57,139 bases of DNA from Atractiella rhizophila (GCA_021432655.1 MU271455.1:1-57139), one strand, 5' to 3'; positions 13,320 through 32,700 are shown, counted from the stretch's first letter. Notes: generated from the letters alone by a model not told the origin. A program made the numbers and translations.

Positions 13320-14337
13320 ATGGACGTGATTTCCAACCAGAAAAAGACTCCTCGTAGGCCCTCATTACCGAGGACTCAAGGCATTCACTGAGCATTGTGT
13401 TAAGCGGAAGCGAAAAATGTAATCGACTTCCTTCGGACGAAGTCAGGGATGAAGCTCAAGAGTGGAGTATTGAATGGGAAAAGGGTACGTTAATTCATTT
13501 TGAGCAAAAATTTGTGGGTTTCTGAGGAGAATAAACACAGTTGATGTACTTCAAGGGTACCTGACCTATTTGCTTCACTTTGGAGGCTGTCTAATTGTGG
13601 ACGGCAGGCAAATCAGCGATCAAAGCCCTGCTTTCTCCTGCTTACCAGAAGCTGAAGAAGGTACCTCAACCGCATCCCAAGACACCTGAAGAAGCCTGCG
13701 CTTTCCTGGCCACCCTCCTCCGCTACACCTTCTATCTCAAAGTCGATCGTGGTCAACGCGTCTTCTCCCAACCCGCTTCTTCTGCTTCCTCTGCTACCTC
13801 GCCACCCATCAAAAGCCGCATAATTACCATTAATCCGCAACAAATCACTTTCAAGGAGGAAGATTATTATGTTTGGCTTTACGAAGGGAGCCAAGTAACG
13901 ACATATTTAGGAGCAGGAGCTCTCGTTGCTATTATGCTGGCAGGTGTCATGTTCCCGCTATGGCCAACGAAGATGCGTGTAGGAGCATGGTATGTCTCAA
14001 TGGGGATGTTAGGCCTCTTGGGAGCTTTCTTCGCCATGACAATCTTCCGACTGATCTTCTGGGTCATCACCATCGTCGTCGCAAAACCTGGCATATGGAT
14101 CTTTCCTAATTTGTTTGAGGACGTGGGATTTGTGTGTTGCTTCCCATTGTTGTCTTAACAAATTCTGAATATTTTTCTTAGGTTGATTCCTTCATTCCGC
14201 TGTGGGCTTGGGACCTACCGAAAAAGAAGAAATCGAAGAAGAAATCCTCCAAAGATCCCAACGCGACCTCCTCCAAGAAGTCAAGGAAGGCTCCAAAGGC
14301 GTCAGAATCAACTGTTACGGAAAAGGGCGAGTTGTGA
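13320..14337 (+). CDS. SEC62: Translocation protein Sec62
   Basis: Motifs 'GVLNGKR/VxYFKG', 'YYVWLYEG', 'VMFPLWP..MRVGAWY' and 'PGIWIFPNLFEDVGF/VDSFIPLWAW', with two TM segments and a Lys-rich tail. Confidence 0.93.
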
Positions 14338-15728
14338 GATGGGTTGTTGCAGTACCTGCAGTCGCATCTTAATATTATGTCGTAATGGTCTCAGCAACTG
14401 TGGGTTGACAGGTTGAAGAAGCCTCAGGAAAGGGAGAGAGGAGAGAATGGATGGATCAGTGACAGGTGGAAGGAATGCCAGAAGAATGGCTTCGGTAGCT
14501 ATCTTCTCTCCCGTCCATTTCAAGCGTTGCCGTCCGTTAGTGTCGGTTCTTCATCGTCACAATTGTCGCTTCGCAGCTGGGCAAACCTGAGCTCTGTTCT
14601 TTCCTCATCGGAAGGCACAGTCGTCATGCGTTGCCCAAATGTCTTCCTGCTCAATGATCTTCACCTTTTATCTACTTTTGTGTCCTTCCCCTCTTTAGAA
14701 TGCCTATTCCCAATTATTGTTGAATCCGAGATGGAACCTCCAGCCACCTGTGCTGCACGTCGCCACACGGACGAGCCACATCTCAACCAATCTGAAGTGG
14801 ACTTGAAGCTGAAAGGTCCAGTCGCTCGACAAAGCTTCTTGACTGCATTGTTGTATAGGGTCAGCGGAGTTTCTGTTTCTCCAAACATACCTGGTCTTGC
14901 GAGGTTGACCAAATTTAACACGCAAAATGAGGGGAGAATGGCGGAGAAGACGTCGGCCTCCCTACAGCAAGCTTTTCGTTATTGTTTTATTGTTCGATCT
15001 CGGGAAGAGCCGCACATCGTTTATTCGGAAAGAGGTGCTTGGACCCAGTTTGTTCCGTGGCGTGGTGTCGGTGATTTTTGGAACAAGCACCGACATCGAA
15101 ATTGAAACATTTACGTACCATGACAATGGAATTGCCCATGATGAAAGAGGCTCGTGCTCCATTTAAGAGGATGTGACACTTAGGGACTTTGCCAGTCCAT
15201 GCTCAGTTCGGTCTCGTTGACAGGCCACAAAACACCATTCAAGATTGTGTGTTCATCGAGTTGTAGTTGAAAAGGAAGGTTAAGAGTAGGCTTCAGGCAT
15301 CAGAAGGTTGAGTTGTTGAAATGTGGAAGGTTGCTCCGGCTGTTGATCCATCACGGCATTTCATCGAGTCCAATCTCAGGTCGGCCACCAATGGATACCT
15401 TTGCTAGCAATCAATCTAGTTTTCAGAGTTGAGGCTCTTGAGCTGCACTTGCTACCTGTAAGGTTACGGTGCAAAGCACTCCAGGGTGAAGCCAGCGAAG
15501 ATTCTAGTTGTGGAAGTCAGCAGCGGAGTTGCAACCATGAAGGAAGTTACTCCGTCCTCTGAACGTGCTGATAAGGACCATGGTAAACCGGGATAATTGA
15601 ATTAGAGTGGGTGGAGAGCGAGGGCATAAAAAGGACACATCCCAACTTCCGCAACCCTGACTTCTCTTTGAAGAAGCCTTTCTCTCTTCTTATCTCAAGC
15701 CTAAGAAGAGCATATTTACACTATCATC

Positions 15729-21152
<5,424 letters not shown>

Positions 21153-21593
21153 AAAACAACTCTGCAGGTCCCTTGAGTCGAAATCGAGAAACGAAGGAAG
21201 AAACGAAGTTTGGTTGTCCTCTCTCTTCAGATTAATGTACTCTTATGCTTTTCTTTCTTAACGAGTCAATGCTTAGTCGAAACGAGTTTCTTTCTCTGAC
21301 CGATTGATCAGGGATGTACAACTGAATACATGACATGTAGGATGTGGAGTGGTACTGGAATGCTTGTTGACGAACATAGCTGCAATGAATGTGATGTTTT
21401 TGTAGTAAGCAACTTGCTCCTCTGCGCTCTGCCATCCAGATCGAGATACCCAGACCTCCTCGAGACTATGTATTGAGAGCTTACATTGGCACGTGATGCC
21501 GATAATGAGTCACAGAAGAATTGGCGCGTTGGTTATGGTTGATTGGAAGAGCAGGTAGTTATAGCTCAAGTTATCAGGTGATTTTTTGCTCTT

Positions 21594-24500
21594 ATGGGAA
21601 AGCGGCGAGATAGGTGCGTTATTTCTTTGCTGGGAAGAAAGGAATCCGACGCGTTTGAAGAGTTGACTTCACTCAATCTGAGGACGAAGCGCTCGCTCGT
21701 TATATCTACAGACAGGGGCCATCAAGGGTCAACTCTGACGCATATTATGATGAATTGGCAGAAAAGGTGGGCTCGACATGCTCTGTTCTTCTCTGCCTTA
21801 CATTCATGAAGGATTTCTTTCTTAGGTGGATACGCATCCTGCTGCTTCTTGGAGAAACCGATATCGCAACAAGAGAGAGCAGATTGATAGGTTAATCAAG
21901 AAGATGAAGAGGAAGAGGGAGCGGGATAGACAGCGCATTGAACCTGAAGAGGAAACGGAAGAAAGACCGAAGAAGAAAAAGAAACGACATGCAAGTTCGG
22001 AGCAAGAAGCCCTTAAAAGCAAGCCTGACACACTCAAAATGCGGCACATTAAAAGGGAACCCGTTGTCACTGATTCTTCGAACGACGAAACGAAACGGAA
22101 GGAGAAGTTGCCGAAGAAGCGAAAAGCTAAGGAGACGGAAACGGAAACGACGCACGAGAGCGAAGAGAGGGATAGAGCAAAGAAACAAACCTTCGAACGG
22201 GGTGAGGACCATAATCCAGAGGGGCAACGAAAGCAGCAGCCTGTAGTCGAAGACTCTCCAGAGGTGGAATATCCCAGAAAGGTGTCGCTGACGGACCTTA
22301 CTAATCCCCTTTCTCCTGCACACAATCCAATCTTGCCGCAATCCATCGTCCACAATGCCTCGGATTCGAAGGACCGTACTCATTCGCACTCAAGAGGAAT
22401 AGTTTCCGGCAAAGGCACAGTACCCGACCAATCTGGAAGTGGAGACGTAGTGGTAGTTGTGCGTAAAAGGAAGCGTTCACCTCAAGAACTGGATGAGACA
22501 TTCCAGCAACGATTACCTCCTCTAAACAACGCTCAGTCTCCCACCAGAAGGAACGCTGGCGATCCGTCTCCATCGGCTGCAGCCCAGAATGCCAACCCCA
22601 CTCGCAACTCCTCTCAATCATCTCAGATATTCTCTCTACAAATAAGTCCTCATCGAGTAGTCTCCGCTCCTCCGCGCCGAAATGGATTGGATGCGATGAA
22701 CTTGAGGACTAGAGGGTCCGTGGAGGAGCGAGTCCCGTATACGAGGGAGGATGATCATGCTTTAGCGGCGTGGTTGCTGAGAATGCGACGTGAGAGGGGG
22801 AAGAAGCTGAAGGTAGATGGGAATGAAATTTATGAGCTGTTGGCACAAGAAGTGGGTCACGTCGCCGTTAAGAAGCTTCGTAACGCTGACGCAGAAAGCA
22901 TAGAATACGAGACATTCGGGTCAGAGCTGGAGAGATCGCTATGTCAAGGGTAATCGACAGACAATCGATATGCTTATCAAGAGACTGGAGTGGCAGCAAA
23001 AGAAGGCCGAAGTACCCAACTCGCGCTCAGTTGAAGACCAGGCNNNNNNNNNNNNNNNNNNNNNNNNNNNNNNNNNNNNNNNNNNNNNNNNNNNNNNNNN
23101 NNNNNNNNNNNNNNNNNNTGAATTGGCAGAAAAGGTGGGCTCGACATGCTCTGTTCTTCTCTGCCTTACATTCATGAAGGATTTCTTTCTTAGGTGGATA
23201 CGCATCCTGCTGCATCTTGGAGAAACCGATATCGCAACAAGAGAGAGCAGATTGATAGGTTAATCAAGAAGATGAAGAGGAAGAAGGAGCGGGATAGAGA
23301 GCGCATTGAATCTGAAGAGGAAGCGGAAGAAAGACCGAAGAAGAAAAAGAAACGACATGCAAATTCGGAGCAAGAAGCCCTTAAAAGCAAGCCCGACACA
23401 CTCAAAGTGCGGCACATTAAAAGGGAACCCGTTGTCACTGATTCTTCGAACGACGAAACGGAACGGAAGGAGAGGTTGCCGAAGACTAAGGAGACGGAGA
23501 CGGAAACGACGCACGAAAGCGAAGAGAGGGATAGAGCAAAGAAATATACTTTCGAACGGGGTGGGGACCATAATCCAGAGGGGCAACGAAAGCAGCAGCC
23601 TTTAGTCGAAGACTCTCAAGTGGTGGAATATCCCAGAAAGGTGTCGCTGACGGACCTTACTAATCCCCTTTCTCCTGCACGAAATCCAAACTTGCCGCAA
23701 TCCATCGTGCTCAATGCCTCGGCTTCGAAGGACCCTACCCATTCGCACTCAAGAGGAATAGTTTCCGGCAAAGGCATAGTTCCTACCCAATCTGGAAGTG
23801 GAGACGTAGTTGTAGTTGTGCGTAAAAGGAAGCGTTCACCTCAAGACCTGGATGAGACATTCCAGCAACGATTACCTCCTCTAAATAACGCTCAGTCTCC
23901 CACCAGAAGGAACGCTGGCGATCCATCTCCATCGGCTGTAGCCCAGAATGCCAACCCCACCCGCAACTCTTCTCAATCATCTCTGCAAATAAGTCCTCAT
24001 CGAGTAGTCTCCACTCCTCTGCGCCGAACTGGATTAGATGCGATGAACTTGAGGACTAGAGGGTCAGTGGAGGAGCGAGTCCCGTTTACGAGGGAGGATG
24101 ATCATGCTTTAGCGGCGTGGTTGCTGAGAATGCGACGTGAGAGGGGGAAGAAGCTGAAGGTACAGATGAAGAAGAAGACACTGGCTCAGACTTCGACTCG
24201 GTTTTCGACGATGAACTTGTGAACCTCGTCCCGGGTCTGAACAAGTATAGGGCGAAGTTGAAGGAAGCTCAGCAATGGCAACCTCCCGAATCTAGTGAGG
24301 AGGACGAACTCGCCTCTCCGAATCTTGTCACAAAAGTGAGGCGTGCTTTGCAGATGGCAGATCCAAGCGGAATGCAACTTCAAAGAGGAAGTCCCCTTCA
24401 GACTGCTGTCCAACCAGCCAGAGATATTGTTTCAAATCAAAGTAGTGCAGACGAAGAGCTGGAATTCACAAAGATTCCTCCACGGAGTACGGTGCAACTT

Positions 24501-25652
24501 CTCTCCACGTCGAAAGCCCAACAAGGTGGCCCGAAGAACGACGCTCACGGGAATGACAATCATCGCATACCATCCCCTCGAGCAGGTGTGGCTCCCATCC
24601 TGCCACCTGGGGCTCAAGGACGATCAAGCGATTCGAAGGACCATTCTTCTAACGTCGCACTCTTTAGGAACAGTTCTCCTGAGGTCGAAGAGTCCGCATC
24701 AGATGCCGACTTGCCCCAGTCTAGGTACAGCCAGCTCAAAGCGGAGAGGAGGAAAGCTTTGGCCGCTCAACCCCCTCCGCCTTCGAGCTTCGACCAGACC
24801 AGAGTAACTACCGCAACGCCTACGAAGGCAAGGCTCTCCTCCGACAAGGGACAAAAGCTACAGTCATCTTTAGACTCAACAGTCAGGCAGAAGAAAGAAA
24901 AGGGCCTAAGGAGGGACTTAGGGAATGCATATTCCACCCCTCGAAGAACCCGGACATTTGACCAAGACCAAGATGCGAAGAGTTCTAGCGAGAACATTCG
25001 AGGCGATGCCCAGTCGCAGTACATGCCCCTTGTTGGGGAGAGGGTTACCTCATCCAGAACTGCCACTCTCAATCCCCGTGTTTCATGGAAAGTCTCCTCG
25101 GTGGTCTCCTCATCAATGCAAAAACGCCTTGGGGACACATCCAGTACAATGAAACTTGGCTCGGTGCAAGTGGACGCCAGCCGCGTGCCTGTTAAATCCC
25201 CATCATCCTTTGCTGCAAGTCAATCCAGATCTGTTAGCAGTTCGATGCAAAAACAAGCGGAACGGGCTCGCTTTCAAGGTCGTATGCAATCCTTGTCAGA
25301 CGCGTTTCGCATTTCTCTCAAAGACACGTACGATTTGCTCTTCTGGGCCTCATGCGACATCGAACTTCTTGCGGAGTGCCTTAACTCGTTTGGCAGAAAA
25401 AGCTCCATTATCTCACCTCAGAAGGAACAGGAGCTGAAAATAAAGATATGGAATGCGCCAGACGATCGAGTTTTGTACCTGGAGAGGGAGGCTAAAAGGC
25501 GAGGACGAGGGCTGGAAGGATCGTTGGAAAGTGCTTTAATGACGCTCAGATTGAAGAGGGGAGACAAGGTTGTGAGAAGGAGAAGAGAATTTTTGAGCAG
25601 AGGAGGATGGCCAAATCCTCAGAAGAGAATTAATTTCACATTCGGGAAGTGA
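21594..25652 (+). CDS. RAP1: Rap1/TERF2IP-like telomere protein (two Rap1-type Myb domains plus C-terminal RCT); model disrupted by an N gap and a duplicated segment
   Basis: Myb1 reads 'FTQSEDEALARYI..YYDELAEK/VDTHPAASWRNRY'. Myb2 reads 'RVPYTREDDHALAAWL..GNEIYELL../RHSGQSWRDRY'. The RCT-like end reads 'IWNAPDDRVL...KRGDKVVRRRREFL'. Confidence 0.7.
21751..24162. repeat. Diverged ~1.05-kb duplicate (21751-22814 vs 23119-24162) flanking an N gap within the Rap1-like gene
   Basis: Both copies start 'tgaattggcagaaaaggtggg' and end 'aagctgaaggta'. They differ by SNPs and 9-bp in-frame indels. N run at 23044-23118. Confidence 0.9.
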
Positions 25653-25836
25653 AATCACTTTGGAGTCCTCAAATATAAATGAATTATCTCGAATTATCTG
25701 AGAGTGTAACGAGAAGCCTGGGCGAGCAGCTAGATGCGCCATGGGTAAACCTTGAATTAGAATAAAGCATTGCATTGCATCGACTTAGATTTACTGCGTT
25801 TTTCACTCCCACCTTGCCCAGACAGTAGTCAAACGA

Positions 25837-28800
25837 TCACTCTTCCATTTTATTTGACGGTCCGGTCTCATCGTAAAGCGCTCCTCCGCTGCCTCCAGCT
25901 GCATAGCTATCCGTGCCATACCCAGCACCATCTCCCCTTCCACCGCCTGCAGTACCATTGAAATCCTTCCATCGCGCGTTAAATTCCAATCCGAGAGGTC
26001 GGCCTGCGGGTGATCAGCAAAGAGAAGGAAGACTGTGGCAGGGACACACCTCCGTACTGATAGCTCTGGAACTTGGCTGTTCCATTTCACATTAGCATGG
26101 CAGGTGAGGACGGAGAGTGGACGGACAAATGGCAGTTTCGGCTTCTTCAATGGTTGCGAATTGTACAACTCCAGTCCCTTTCGACCGGCCACCCTCGTAG
26201 ATGACTTCGGCATGTTCGACTTTCCCTGTCGTCTGGAATAGCTCGACGAGGTCTTCATTGCTAGTCGACCACGGCAACTATCCCAAGAAGAGTTAACTTT
26301 TGGTCAGCACAATGAGGAAGAACTTGCATTCTTCACGAAAATTTGTGTACTAGGTGCAGGAGGCTGGAAGGGTCGTTTTGGTCCGCCAAATCCTCCACCA
26401 AACGGACCGCCGCCAAAGCCCCCACCGTCGCTCTGGCCGCCCACATTTTGATCTGGACCTGTGTAATCCGCATATACGTCTTGAGCGTTAAAGCGTCCTG
26501 GACCCCCACCAAAACCACCACGGCCCCTGAACCCTCCTCGACCACCAAAGCCTCCTCTGGGAGGGTAGCCAGTCGGCGGTCCAGCGAAGCGATCGTAGTG
26601 GACCTCAAGCTTTCTATTCTGGAATTCGAACCCGTGGTACATCGCTTTGGTAGAGCCGTGAGTTTGGCTAGAATGGTGACGAATGAGACCCACCGATTGC
26701 ATTTGCAGCATCCCTTTCAGTTTCGAACCCAACTGTCCCAGTGCCTTTGGGGGTACCGTCGGGATAGAAGTTGATATCAGCTCGCATGATGCTTCCAGCA
26801 GCTCTGAAAAGATCCTTGAGGTCTTGCCAACCGACATTGGGAGGCAGCTATTTGTCGTTCTCAGATCAGGACCAACAGGAACGCAAGGGAAACTTACTCC
26901 AGAAACAAAGAGCTGTTTTCCAGCGAATGGATTGTGAGCTGCATGACCACCATAGCCTCCACCAAAGCCACCATAACCTCCCCTTCCGCCAAATGCTCCG
27001 GGGCCATTGTATCCAGCACGGCCAGCAACGGCAGCCGCTCCATATCTAGGCTCTTCTTCGCGATCCTTTGAACGATAAGGATTAATGGCTGTTGCTTTAT
27101 GCGTAAGGGAAAGTAGACCGCACCTCACGAATAAAGATTTGACGTCCCATCAAGGTTTTATCGTTTAGCTCTTTGATTGCTCGCTGGGCCTCATCATAGG
27201 TCGCATATTCGACGACTCTTGAGTTTTGACTTGAGAAAATAGAAAGCTGAGAAGGGAAATCAACGCACCCGCACCCCTTTGACATCCCGTTTGGTAGCAT
27301 CATGATTTCAGCGAAGACCACCGTTCCCGCTACATTCCAGAACCCAACCCCATAAACTCATCAGCCTCCCATCCATCACTTTGGTCCATCTAATCCTTAA
27401 GTAACTATCGCCAATAGCAAGTCCAAGTTCCAAGGAGAGGGGATGGAAATCGCGCAAAGGAACGTCAGGAGGGAACGACACCGCCGAGGACAAGGTTTCC
27501 ATAATCCGGCTTTCTCCTCATAACCAACAGACAACATCCAATCAACACTGAGCCCGTCTTGAGGTTCCATGCCTACAATCCCCTTGCTTCGCTAGCCAAC
27601 ATCACATCCATGCTTTTCTCCGTTCCATCTCCCTCTCCAGCTTGATAACAGCTCCAACGGTAAATAAAACCCTTCCATGTAACCGTCCCAGTTCAACTCT
27701 CGTCCATCCACCCCTTGTTACTGGTGAACTCAATCATATGCATAAAAGCTGGGCGTTTGCTCTGAAAGTTAGACAGAAGGAAAGATCCTTGGATGCTCGA
27801 AACGAGAAGCCAAATTCAACAATCAGTCCACATCATTCCGCCAAGCGGTTCCCGCAACTTAAATGTAGACAACAGGTAATAATTTCATTGTGTATCAAAA
27901 TTCGTAACAAACACCGTGTCCTTCTGTACCCTGCTTGTTACTGCAAATCTGTTTGAGGGTCCGGATGTTTGTCCTTTTGGAGATTTGGGATCACTGGACC
28001 AAATCAAAGCAGCTCGTTATAGAAATGAGCCAAGTACATCGTCCGCAACAGCAACAGTCACGTATTATCGTTGAAAACACATAATGATGTCGTTGATAGT
28101 GTCCTCTGCACTATGGTTTGTTTGGAAGGGAAGGAGTTAATGAATCCGACACTGGTCTGATAAAGCATCAGATACCAGTTTCCACCACAAACCTCCATGG
28201 ATAAGGAAACGGCAGCTGTGGAACGGAAGGAAATTTTGAAATGCGAAACCAGCAGAAAGTTATATTGGAACCAAGAATGACATGTACTTGACTGAAGAGG
28301 AGAGCACAAAGCATGATCCCTTTGAACAGCGCTACTTGAAGCCTCTCATCCATCGGATACGTGAAATATGACCATAAAGGATGATGAACATCACATGGTA
28401 CCTCAACAACATGTAGGTAAAGAGTGTCCTGGGATATCGTCCACAGTTGAGACGCAAACCAAAAGGTCTGCCACAATCAATCGCATCACAGAATGTAATC
28501 GCTTCCCGTCCTCTCAGACATTCAGACTGCGTTAAAATCTCGAGTGCTTTGAGAGCTCGTGGCAGTCATGAGCACCGGAGAGAACAGGGAGGATTACACG
28601 CTGAATGACAGAGAGAGAAACTCTGTAGGAGACACTTCACGACCGTCCTTCTACATCAGATGCTTTGAACACACCTAACACAGCTTCAAACGGTGGCAAA
28701 AAGCGTGCCGCTTGCACCATTCCCCCTTTCCGTTCCAATTAAACGAGAAAGACACTCACCTTCTCTCATGAAATCCTTTAAATCACTCCACTTAGTCTGG

Positions 28801-29494
28801 AAGCTCAAATTCCCGACATACACCCTATTCTCCTTCACGCTTCTCCTAGCAGCTTCAGTCGCCGCGACCTCCCTGCTGATGAAGTTAGGAACGCGAGGAG
28901 GTCCATGGTGTTCCCTCTCGCGATCACGTTCGGAATGCCGGTCGTCGCGATGGCTCTCCCTGTCTTTATCTCGTGGGGATACGGAGCGTCTCGAACGGCG
29001 GGGAGAGGGAGAACGACGATGGGAGCGGTCGCGAGAGCGCGACCTGTCGTGCCTGGATGATCGGTGTCTGTCCCTCGAGCGGGAACGGCTCCTCCTCCTC
29101 TCCCTGTCCCTGTCTCTCTCACGGTCTTTGTCCCTATCTTTCTCTCTTTCCCTGTCACGATCCCTATCCCTGTCACGCTCTTTTTCTCGCTCCCTCTCTT
29201 TATCCCTGTCATCTGGACTCCGTCGACGTGGAGAACGCGAGCGCGAACGAGCACGAGAACGCTCCTTCATCGATACATGTCAGTGCGGTGTGGATTTCTA
29301 TTGCGAAAGCGCGTACGGAATAGTCCGCCTCTTTTCTCGTATATCCATCTTCAGCTCCACCATCCGTCTCTCTTCCATTACGCGGAGAAGCCTTTGGCAA
29401 TCACAAATTTGGAGTGAGATGGATAGGATGGGGTGAAGGCTGCACGTACGGATTTGGGCAGTTCCACTTGGATGACATCAGCTTTGCTTTCCAT
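25837..29494 (-). CDS. SR-like RNA-binding protein with N-terminal RS/RD repeats and three RRMs (Gbp2/Hrb1 type)
   Basis: RS/RD tract, then RRM1 'RVYVGNLSFQTKWSDLKDFMRE..GMSKGCG', RRM2 'QLFVSG..GWQDLKDLF', RGG linkers and RRM3 'PWSTSNEDLVELFQTTG'. The start MESKAD at 29494 is inferred via two short introns. Confidence 0.85.
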
Positions 29495-29710
29495 GACAAT
29501 AATTAAGAGGAACGCGTACCAGAGTCGTCTTCCATGATCTTTTTCAGTGTTTGAGAGGCAATTCGGGATTTTGTCAGAGTCCCCTTCGTCGTTTTTTCGA
29601 CCCGCGAGAGGGACAGAACAAAGCCTAACCCTAAGCCGACAACTTGGGAAATAGAAAATCGACAGAAGCTTTCGATCTGGCAACAATATTGAAGTTGAAG
29701 AAGTCAAGCT

Positions 29711-32700
29711 ATGGACTCATATTCGAACGTATGGGCAGACCCACCAACACCCTCCCAGCCAAAAGTGCCAGCAGCGAGCTCAAGCGCACTCGATTCCTTC
29801 TCCCCGCCGAATGTCGATCATGCGACGACTCATGGGCAGTCGTGGAGTCGTCCAATCCAGATGCAGGAGGAAGAGGAAGTCTGGGGAGCACCTGCAAGTT
29901 CCTCTCGTGCTCGATTTTCAGTGGATACAAGTGGGGGAAGCGGGGATGACGGGTTTGAAGAAGCGAGCTTCGCAGACCCTGCGACCAGCGTTGCGCCTGC
30001 AAAGCAGGAGAAAGAATGGGGAACGTTTGGAGAGGACGTCAACATCTCTTTCGGTGCTTCAGAGGAGGATAATTTAGAAACTAAGTCGTCACCTCTTCAA
30101 AATGCCGCCTCGACATTCGCAGCCCGCCACAACCTGCCGACATGGGACAGCACAACCGAGCGTACAGCATGGGAAGCGACTTCCGCTCCTCTCGTCCTAC
30201 CTTCCGAGCCGACTCCGTCAAGTTCCAGCGGATGGGAGCGACGGACCTCACTCGATCTCGAAGTTTCGCTCTCTCGGCCCGCATGGGAGAGCTCAGCTCC
30301 TCCCAAAGTCTCCTTGGAGCCTCTTCCCGAGATCGCAGCGGTTTCACCGTCGCGGTGGGACAGTAGAGCAGAGCGCGAATTCACAGAGGACGAGCGGCCG
30401 GCATGGCAGATACCCGCTTCTTCCAATCCGTCCTTGGACCCTCAACCGACAACGACGACTTCCAGTGCATGGGAACATCGAACGTCTCTCGATCTCGAGG
30501 TCGAGCTCGATCGACCGACATGGGAGAGTTCTGGTCCACCTAAAGTCGCGTTGGAGCCTGTTCCAGAGGTTGAACCGCCTGTCGTGTCTAGGACACACCA
30601 TCGATGGGAGAGCCGAGCCGAACGAGAATTCGTCGTCATGGATGAAGGTCCAGCATGGGAGTCGGGGATGGATATGAAGGCGCAGTTGAAGGAAGAGGAG
30701 CGGACTAACACGGCGTGGACGAGTCAAGCTGAAAAGGAGTTTCAGCTTCAGTCTGAGATGCCTTCATGGGAGAGTGGGGTGGGAAATCCTAATGGCGGCG
30801 CGAAGCAGGTTGAGGCTGGAGTGCAAGGGGGGTTTGGGGAACTGTTGGAGAAGGAAATGAAAGGAGAGGTAAAGGAGCAAGAGGCTGGGGAGGAATGGGG
30901 AGCTGTTTCGCTGAAAGAGAGGAAGGAAAGAGAACCAAAGAATGTGGTAAGCTTCTTCTTGATTTCTGAAATTGGGATAAGTAGATGACCGTTGGCTTTT
31001 GCGTCCTTGGTGTCCAGCCTGCTGCGCTTATTGATAAACTGCAACGCGAATTGGCAAGTTTTGCAAAGGAGGTTAATTCTGCAGAGTTGAAAGAAGATGC
31101 ATTCGACAAGACATCTTTTGTTTCTGATCTCGGTTCTTTAATACGCAATAAAGATGAGCTGTGCGTCTCTCGCTCTTTCCTATTCCAGCCCCCCCGATCA
31201 TGGGTGCTTACTCCACCAACAGAAATCAACTGTTCCATGACCTGACTCGCCTTCCTCCCCTTGAACCAATCACGAAGGCTGCTCTCTTTGAAAGTTCCAC
31301 TCGCAAACGTCAGACCCAAGCCATCGTGAAAACAGCCTCCAACGCAGCCGAAATCCTCATCGGCACCTCCCGCATCCCAACCGGACGTTTCGCGTCCTCT
31401 ACTCTCGCATTCAACCGTCCACGGGTCTCTGCATCTTACTTCGAAGACACGCCGTCGCCCATCAAGAATAGCTTCGCACCATCCCTGGCGGAGACGAAAG
31501 AAGCTCACAACCCTCCACCTGGAGAGAAGGAAGGGAAAGGCTTATTTGGAGGCCTGTTTGGGGGAAAGAGAGGAAGCATGTCCCTCAGTGGAATCAGCGT
31601 GCCTTCCTTGTTGGCAAATAGGCAGCCAAGTGAAGAGAGGGTCAGGTCGCCCACCCAATCTACATTTGGATTTGGCCGTAGTTCCTCGCCTGCTGCTCCG
31701 ACTGGAGTCTCAACCCCTCCCCAAGGTACCATCTCCCCTTCCGTGAGAACATCTTCTCCTGCCCTCGAAGCAACACCAAAGTCGAGGAATATACAACCCG
31801 CCCCGTCACCTGTCATGCCTACTAAGGGCGACCTGCTCCTCGATTTTTCGGACCCTGTTGCTTCAACATCTAAGAACCCCATGACAAAACCAGCTCCTCA
31901 GCGTACAGCTTCCCCTTCAAGAACTCATGCTTCCACAGTTTCTCGCCTTTGGGGAAGGTTTTCTCAGGCTTCCACCGCTGCAAAATCCAGAGGGGATGAT
32001 GAGGACGATGACAGCGATGACGGAGAAGGATATGACTATGGACGAGGTCTGATCAAGGGTGGAGGAAACACGGAAACCTGGAATTACGACGATGACGACG
32101 TTCCTCTTTCTTCGATTGCCGCTCAGGCTGGGCGAGCTCCTCAACAACCAGCAAATGATCCCTTTGACGTGTTCAACCAACCTGTTCAGCCCCCATTGCG
32201 GGCACAGACACAAGTACCACCACATCCTCCTCCCCCTGTTCGATCTGCTACTCAAATATCATCCTACTCAGAAGCTGGAGACGCCGAACTGGATTCAGCA
32301 GACGATGGCTTTGACGACTTCATTTCTTCACCTAATTCCAACCCTATAGCTCAAGGCTTCGAACCCATCCGTCCGCCACCGCCCCCGAACGAGCAGTTAA
32401 CGAAGGGTCACAAGCCTAGCGATTCGATGTCTTCTTTCTTTCGCGGCCCACTTGCTTCTGGGTCTGGGCGCGGACACAACAAGACAGATAGCATGTCCTC
32501 CTTCTTTCGCGAACCGCTCAGAGTCCCGAACCACAAACCAAACATTCCTGCCACAATACCACAATCTCCTCTGTGGGAAGAGCCTCCTTCGCTACCAGTA
32601 AATGGAAAGTCGACGAACATCAAACCTCAGATGCCCTTCACTTTCCCTCCTCCTCTCTCGCAACCATCAACCAAACCGGCGGTCGACTTGCTGGATTTTG

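Noticed and set aside
14413..15166. 230-aa ORF and overlapping ORFs upstream of the halogenase as a partner gene
   Set aside because: The start is non-ATG, there is no recognisable motif, and I found no consistent exon structure. It cannot be supported, though a diverged gene is not excluded.
28379..28450. GATGATGA as a C-box of an intronic snoRNA
   Set aside because: It is on the strand opposite to the host transcript and has no matching CTGA D-box nearby.
28693..29436. 247-aa plus-strand ORF rich in SL/SR
   Set aside because: It is the antisense shadow of the RD/RS-repeat exon.
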